From NCBI GenBank assembly GCA_046582655.1, contig JAYGDX010000223.1:1-13267 (forward strand): a stretch of 13,267 nucleotides of DNA, given 5' to 3'. Positions 8,575 to 13,267 of this stretch are shown in pieces. The translations under genes were made by a program, and so were the position numbers. The notes below the pieces were generated by a model, which searched no databases, was not told where the DNA came from, and was given only the letters and a program-made list of their open reading frames with translations. This stretch comes from Candidatus Poribacteria bacterium. Its GTDB lineage: Bacteria; Poribacteria; WGA-4E; UBA9662. Each line of letters begins with the position of its first letter. Position 1 is the first letter of the stretch.

Positions 8575-9474
8575 ATGCCAAACACGGAGATCACTATTCT
8601 CAATTCTATGGCAGGAAGCGCGTTTGAGCCAGCTCTAGATCAACACGTTTCATGGGGGATAAAGTGTCTGGATCTGAAAGACGCCATTTTGGGAAAAAGT
8701 ATTGTCGGATTGACAAAAAAAGAAGCAAAACACGCTGCAGGTCTGATTCAGAAAAGAGACCTATCTGTCTATTGCTTTTCCACAGTTCTCTTCGGTGGCG
8801 ATATTGAATTGGGGGAAGAGCGTTTCCGGAAAGACTATCTCAAAAAGATAGATCACGTCATCGAAATTGCCGAGATTCTACAACCACAGATGATCCGCTT
8901 GCTCGCGGCAGCAACTTCCAAAAGAGGAGAAATCGAGAACAGCGTAAAGTACCTCCGCACAAATCATCCTTGGTTAATTCCACTTTATGCTGAAGCTATC
9001 GATCGCCTTCACAACGTATATTGCTCTGAATCCAAATCCGATCGAGGCTTCAAAGTTACCATCGAGAACGAAGTCGGAAATTGTATCTTCTCGACCCCTG
9101 AAGAGGTCATTGATTTCTTTGAGGCACTTGATCGTCGAGAATCTGTATCCTTCACCTGGGATGTGCAGAATCTCTGGCAAATGGGAACTTATCCAACGAT
9201 GGACGTCTATCATAAGCTCAAGGGGTTGATAGGTTATTACCACTTGAAGGGCGGGCAACAGAGTGACAAGAGCACCAAGCTTTGCTGGAGATCCTCTTTG
9301 GAAGATGCCTCATGGCCGGTCGTGGAGATAACACGGCAAGTCATGATGGATGAAGTAAGTCAGGTGATCTGCCTGAATGGCTCTCATGGCGAAGCCAAAA
9401 CAGGTTATGACTACAACAACATAACCAAAAGAGATCTAGACTTCATTCGCAGAGCCATACCGGAAATTGATTGA
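8575..9474 (+). CDS. Sugar phosphate isomerase/epimerase (xylose isomerase-like, AP endonuclease 2 TIM barrel)
   Basis: 299-aa ORF with MIRL, TIENE, WDVQN and YHLKG motifs in the family's typical order; no clear RBS. Confidence 0.82.
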   Translation: MPNTEITILNSMAGSAFEPALDQHVSWGIKCLDLKDAILGKSIVGLTKKEAKHAAGLIQKRDLSVYCFSTVLFGGDIELGEERFRKDYLKKIDHVIEIAEILQPQMIRLLAAATSKRGEIENSVKYLRTNHPWLIPLYAEAIDRLHNVYCSESKSDRGFKVTIENEVGNCIFSTPEEVIDFFEALDRRESVSFTWDVQNLWQMGTYPTMDVYHKLKGLIGYYHLKGGQQSDKSTKLCWRSSLEDASWPVVEITRQVMMDEVSQVICLNGSHGEAKTGYDYNNITKRDLDFIRRAIPEID

Positions 9475-9723
9475 CGCAAATGACAGCAGTGACGCAAGCC
9501 TTTAGTGCGAGTTCAGAGATTGAACTCTGCAGACCGCAGGATAAAACCATCTTCTTGGTTGATTGAAGGCACAGCAAAGCACTTCTTATGTAATCTCGAC
9601 CCGATTGCTCTTGATAAGAGCTTGGCTTCATATACTTTCATGATCTCAAGAGCAAATTGTTGTTTGAGGCCTTTAATTACTATTTGTTTAGACTTATGGA
9701 TGGAGTTCAAATTTACGTTAGCC

Positions 9724-9749
9724 TGTACGTAATTTTTAACTTAAATACA
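9724..9749 (-). repeat. Palindromic site copy 3 (putative recombination site), conserved arm on the right
   Basis: TGTACGTAATTTTTAACTTAAATACA (26 bp); 9738-9749 is the exact reverse complement of TGTATTTAAGTT. Confidence 0.75.
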
Positions 9750-9855
9750 AATTCAGGTCAGTTTTATGTCTCATGACCCCCCTGTCTTTTGCAAACACAC
9801 CCTTTCTCTCTTTGATGAAGTTGAAAATAGTGCTTATGTGATGAGGCAAAGTGTA

Positions 9856-10601
9856 ATGAAAACTATAATTGGTTTTAGTTTTGACTCTAGTTATAGTGTT
9901 AACTGTTGATGCCGCTACACCAAAAGATTTGATTATTCATTTGCCATTCGAAGAAGGGGCTGGCAAAGTGGCTAAAGATATTTCACCTAACAAATTCGTT
10001 GGTGATGTGAAAAACGCGAAATTGGGTGAAGGGTGTGCAAGGCAAAGCCTTAGAATTCAATCAGGGATCTGTAAAATTTGAACCATTGAAAGTTAATGAG
10101 CTAAAAGCGCTTACCATCGAGTTTTGGTTTCAACCCACCAAAAAGTTTTCGGGTGGGAATAGAATGGATATGATGTACCGGAAAAATGGCGGAGGTCGTC
10201 CACACATAACATTTAATCGTGGTGGCGTTTTGTTTGGCCACTACTTTGCAAACAAAGGCGCAGAACTCGAGATCAGAAGCAAGTTTGTAGAATTCGAATC
10301 CAAATGGTATTACTTCGTCGCTACACAGGATAAAAAGAAGGCAATAATGTATATTGATGGAAAAATTGATGGTCAAGCTGTGTCAGGTAGTGATGTCAGA
10401 TTCGACTATATTAAGTTTGGTCTTTCACTTGCGGACAATTCGGATGCTGGTGGTAACTTCTTCAACGGTGCTACGGATGAAGTCAAGATTTGGAGTGTGG
10501 CTTTCACCACCGATGAAGCCTAGGAATCCATGAAAACGGCTTTAGCTGTCGATCCAGCGGGAAAGCTAACCACCAAATGGGCTTAAATGAAGTCTTGGCA
10601 G
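9856..10601 (+). pseudogene. Secreted LamG/concanavalin A-like domain protein, disrupted
   Basis: ATG 9856; frameshifts near 9868 and 10022; IHLPFEEGAGKVAKDIS, WVKGVQGKALEF, TIEFWF, MYIDG, FFNGATDEVKIW; premature stops at 10521-10523 and 10584-10586 flank AVDPAGKLTTKWA. End coordinate approximate. Confidence 0.88.
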
Positions 10602-10646
10602 ACAAAAAGTATCGGATTTAACTTAAATCCTAATATCGATCCGAGC

Positions 10647-10683
10647 AAGTATGCTGTCGACTTGGAGTCTTGACAGCATACTT
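10647..10683. terminator. Strong stem-loop downstream of the LamG pseudogene (possible terminator)
   Basis: Perfect 12-bp inverted repeat AAGTATGCTGTC / GACAGCATACTT with inner GACT/AGTC pairing; no clear U-tract. Confidence 0.45.
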
Positions 10684-10762
10684 ATAGTCGTTATCTTCTC
10701 ACCCGTCAGCTTCTATTTTCTCATAAGGAAACTCATAGGAGCAACCGTGATGTGAATTTTTG

Positions 10763-10794
10763 GAAATCCCTTGAAAAATCACCGTCATGCAACC
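10763..10794 (+). repeat. Dispersed 32-bp repeat, copy B
   Basis: 25/32 identity to the reverse complement of 4597-4628. Confidence 0.55.
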
Positions 10795-11000
10795 GAGATA
10801 TGTAGTCAGGGGGAGTATTGACCAAGTTTAAGGTATTACCTGTCCTAGTTTCTGCCAGCCTTGTGTACTTACTCTTTCTTACGTAATTAGAAAACTAATA
10901 CGATTTTTCCGAACAAAAACAAACTTGCCTTGTCTAATGGAATGAAAACATTAAAAAAAGAATAAACGGCCATAATATTAAAAACGAAAGGAGAACTACC

Positions 11001-11093
11001 ATGTTAAAAATAAAACGTAACCGCTATCCAATCTCACGTAGAATCAACGGGAGAAAAACCATAGTTTCTGTCATTGATCAAAAATTAATGTAA
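11001..11093 (+). CDS. Small basic ORF (30 aa) or truncated gene start
   Basis: AAAGGAG 7 nt before ATG 11001; MLKIKRNRYPISRRINGRKTIVSVIDQKLM*; not in the provided ORF track. Confidence 0.45.
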   Translation: MLKIKRNRYPISRRINGRKTIVSVIDQKLM

Positions 11094-11161
11094 AGAACAT
11101 CTAAATATTTATTCCTAACGGAGACAAAAGCTTGATTTTTGGATCCGTTGGAATGCTCATC

Positions 11162-11187
11162 TGTATTTAAGTTTTTAATTAAATACA
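11162..11187 (+). repeat. Palindromic site copy 4 (putative recombination site), conserved arm on the left
   Basis: TGTATTTAAGTTTTTAATTAAATACA; with flanks (11161-11188) it is a perfect 10-8-10 inverted repeat CTGTATTTAA-GTTTTTAA-TTAAATACAG. Confidence 0.75.
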
Positions 11188-11225
11188 GGTCTTTGGAAGA
11201 TGTATTATGACGATTGGTACAAATC

Positions 11226-11962
11226 TTATTGCCTTCCTTCAGCTGTGTTATCTACCACATATTGTTCTAATGCCGACCTAACTTGGGAAAATACCCCTGA
11301 CCAATCTCCAGTTCACTTTGTCGAAATAATCTCATACTTGGATACCATGGTGTATCTTCTCTGTCCAACATCCAGCGCCAATCTGGTATATAGGGCAACA
11401 AGGTCCAAACTTTTTCACCCAAGGCTCCAGCCATATCACCGTTGTGTTAGACGTAGATATAACTAAATCCAAGGCTGATATTTGGGCAGCAAAATCATCT
11501 AAATCCCTCAATGAGTCTATCTCCTCATCCTGATAATCATTAGATGCGTTTGCTGTTGAAACTGTGCTAATCCTTCCTTCACATCTCCATATTGTAAATT
11601 GATAAAGTAGCAATCTTGTTGCGACAGAATCGATGTCCAATCTTCCAATATCGTACTCTTTAATAAGGTTTGTCTCTGATTGATACCGGTACTTTGCCAT
11701 GAAATACCAACTAGCATTCTACCATCAACCAATTTTTGATATCTTTTCTTGATCTTGGCAGACCCATTAGCACAGGCTGTCAGGTAGGGTTGTTTTACTC
11801 TGCTTAAAGCTATCTTCATCGGTTCGAAGCCATCGGCCTAAACTGCCCATTGGAATTTGATAATCGATATCAGGATTTAACAACTGTAAGTTCGGCGGAT
11901 TTTCTCGAAGAACGAATTGAGTCTCAGGAAATGAACGCTGGAATAAAAGAATTACTAAGACG
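11226..11962 (-). pseudogene. C-terminal GT9-like domain of a TPR-glycosyltransferase-type protein, 5'-truncated and frameshifted
   Basis: Joined frames give LFQRSFP, DYQIPMGSL, QPYL, VGISW, FINLQYGD, DLDDFAAQISALDLVISTSNTTV, AGALG, DWRWMLDREDTPWYPSMRLFRQ, GDWSGVF; frameshifts near 11795, 11537, 11437 and 11312; stop at 11226-11228. Start boundary approximate. Confidence 0.85.
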
Positions 11963-12365
11963 TAACGGAAGTGCAGAAACGCACGCATAATTCTGAAGAC
12001 GAAAATGCCTAACGTGTTCAGCAGAGAAACGGGTGTTTTGTTCAATGTCCATAAAGCATTTAATCGCCTCGCTTGAAACAAGGTAGGAGAACCCTTAAGA
12101 TGTAACCAGCAAAGATAATAATTACACCCAGCATTCCATCAAACACATGGCCTTTAGGTACATAAGGCCCAAAATTGAACTGCCGAAGCGATCATGCTTG
12201 CAAGTAAAATGAGATGCCATGCAACTCTTAGTATTAGTACGTATAAATTTAAGTCTCCATACCTTAATTTGCCCGCTAAACTTGTCGTGAAGAGCCGTTT
12301 TGCCATTACTCGGCATCGATACCAGAAAGACATAAAGTGTATCCATTGTCAGATCGGATGTCCAA

Positions 12366-13005
12366 TCAACATCTGGCCTTGAGTTCCCCCCACGTTGTCG
12401 CGAGTTTCCCTGCCGGCTTAACTGAGGTATCAGTTCCTATCTTGATTGTGAATCGGAGATAGATATCATCTTTGACATCGTTTGGTCCTGCCCAGACCCA
12501 ATAGGCTTTCGAATCCGGGTCTTTCAATATCTCTCGCATTTTGGCCGCACCAAATCCCCAAATGCTACCGCCAAATTTTTCATAAAGCTGAAGCTCTTTC
12601 CTCTTACCATCGTCAAAATTTGGCTTTACCCAACCGTCTTTGCAATTATTGATTGGTTTACCCACATCGCATTTCCAACCAGGCTCACCTATACCCAATA
12701 TACTTAAGTTTGTCATTCAAGATTATGTTAGCTAAAAAGCCCCCTCTGCCTGCTGCTCCAGGCTCCGCGTCATGAACATAAATTGCAATCACAGCGGAAT
12801 CTTTCTTGAGTTCAAATTCAGTGACGGTGGAAGCTTGTCAGTTAGCACCTTTTGCCACTTCTGTCCCATCAATGAATACAACCCATGAGTTATCACCGCT
12901 GATTCGCAAGGTTCCCTTTTTGGGAAGGGCGTCTGCAGTTAGCATTGATACTAGCGATGCAATCAATAAAAACGCTACTGTCGAGTATGCTGAATTCCTT
13001 TGCAT
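12366..13005 (-). pseudogene. Secreted protein with probable beta-sandwich/carbohydrate-binding-like domain and C-terminal VKPAGKLATTWGELK motif, disrupted
   Basis: ATG 13005: MQRNSAYSTVAFLLIASLVSMLTADA (signal peptide), ISGDNSWVVFIDG, in-frame TGA at 12838-12840, VIAIYVHDAEPGAAGRGGFLA, frameshift near 12695, then GWKC...W..PNFDD...AYWVW in the 12366..12716 frame. Confidence 0.8.
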
Positions 13006-13113
13006 TGTTATGATCTTCTATCTTACTTTAACGGTACTCCATATGACAGCAAGTTTATCTCACGATTCTGAATAGACAACGGCCGTTTGGAAGCTAATTA
13101 CAATCGCTTCCTA

Positions 13114-13267
13114 GGACCTGTTAACGTTCATTCATCGTTAGTGTCTTCTATGGCCATTGGAGGAAAGACCATATGAACAGAAAACTATTGCGAAACGACC
13201 AGTGGGAAGGCATCAAAGATCTTCTGCCAGGCAAGAAGGGTGACCCTGGCAAGACCGGCGGGGACAA
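13114..13267 (+). mobile_element. Left end of an IS5-family insertion sequence (runs out of window)
   Basis: CTAG at 13111-13114 overlapping candidate terminal repeat GGACCTGTTAAC, about 60 nt before a transposase start. The exact end cannot be confirmed without the right end. Confidence 0.7.
13173..13267 (+). CDS. IS5-family transposase N-terminus (partial)
   Basis: RBS GGAGG at 13159-13163; [31 protein letters not shown] matches the LxDxQWxxIxxLLPG..G.PG pattern of IS5-family N-terminal domains. Confidence 0.85.
   Translation, partial: MNRKLLRNDQWEGIKDLLPGKKGDPGKTGGD

Noticed and set aside
9505..9732. Short ORFs on both strands (WLIEGTA resembles a metallopeptidase WxxEG motif)
   Set aside because: No HExxH, no RBS, and too short to support a call.
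10614..10696. Possible integron attC site (ATTTAAC, hairpin, GTTATCT)
   Set aside because: The putative R boxes are not complementary beyond the core, the structure is not repeated, and no integron integrase is present.
4548..11188. CRISPR interpretation of the repeated dyads
   Set aside because: Copies are kilobases apart, inverted relative to each other, and separated by genes rather than spacers.
12060..12346. Hydrophobic stretches on the minus strand suggesting a frameshifted membrane-protein remnant
   Set aside because: No recognisable family motif; BLASTX would be needed.
12699..12710. TATACTTAAGTT, resembling a dyad arm
   Set aside because: It lies inside continuous coding sequence of the pseudogene (KLKY) and has no partner arm.
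12838..12840. In-frame TGA as selenocysteine or alternative genetic code
   Set aside because: The same gene has a frameshift, and intact genes here end in TGA; a Trp-to-stop mutation is simpler.

Overview
Bacterial accessory region whose protein signatures (dockerin-like repeat plus NYPNPFNPETWIP C-terminal domain, and VxPAGKLxTxW C-termini) suggest Candidatus Poribacteria; this taxonomy is an inference. The left part holds the end of an FG-GAP-repeat gene and an intact 1353-aa secreted protein (Ig/invasin stalk, C13-like cysteine peptidase, dockerin-like repeat, FlgD-like C-terminal domain). From about 4290 onward the window is a mosaic. It has three intact metabolic genes (enolase superfamily, DHDPS/NAL family, sugar-phosphate isomerase TIM barrel), five unrelated remnants (FliF C-terminus, truncated TIR, LamG, TPR-type glycosyltransferase C-terminus, a secreted protein), a small basic ORF and the left end of an IS5-family element. 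Main unexplained signal: four intergenic copies of a 26-27 bp imperfect palindrome (4548, 8492, 9724, 11162) with a conserved TGTATTTAAGTT arm. They alternate in orientation and separate unrelated gene blocks, resembling dif/pdif-type tyrosine-recombinase module arrays. No recombinase gene is recognisable in the window.
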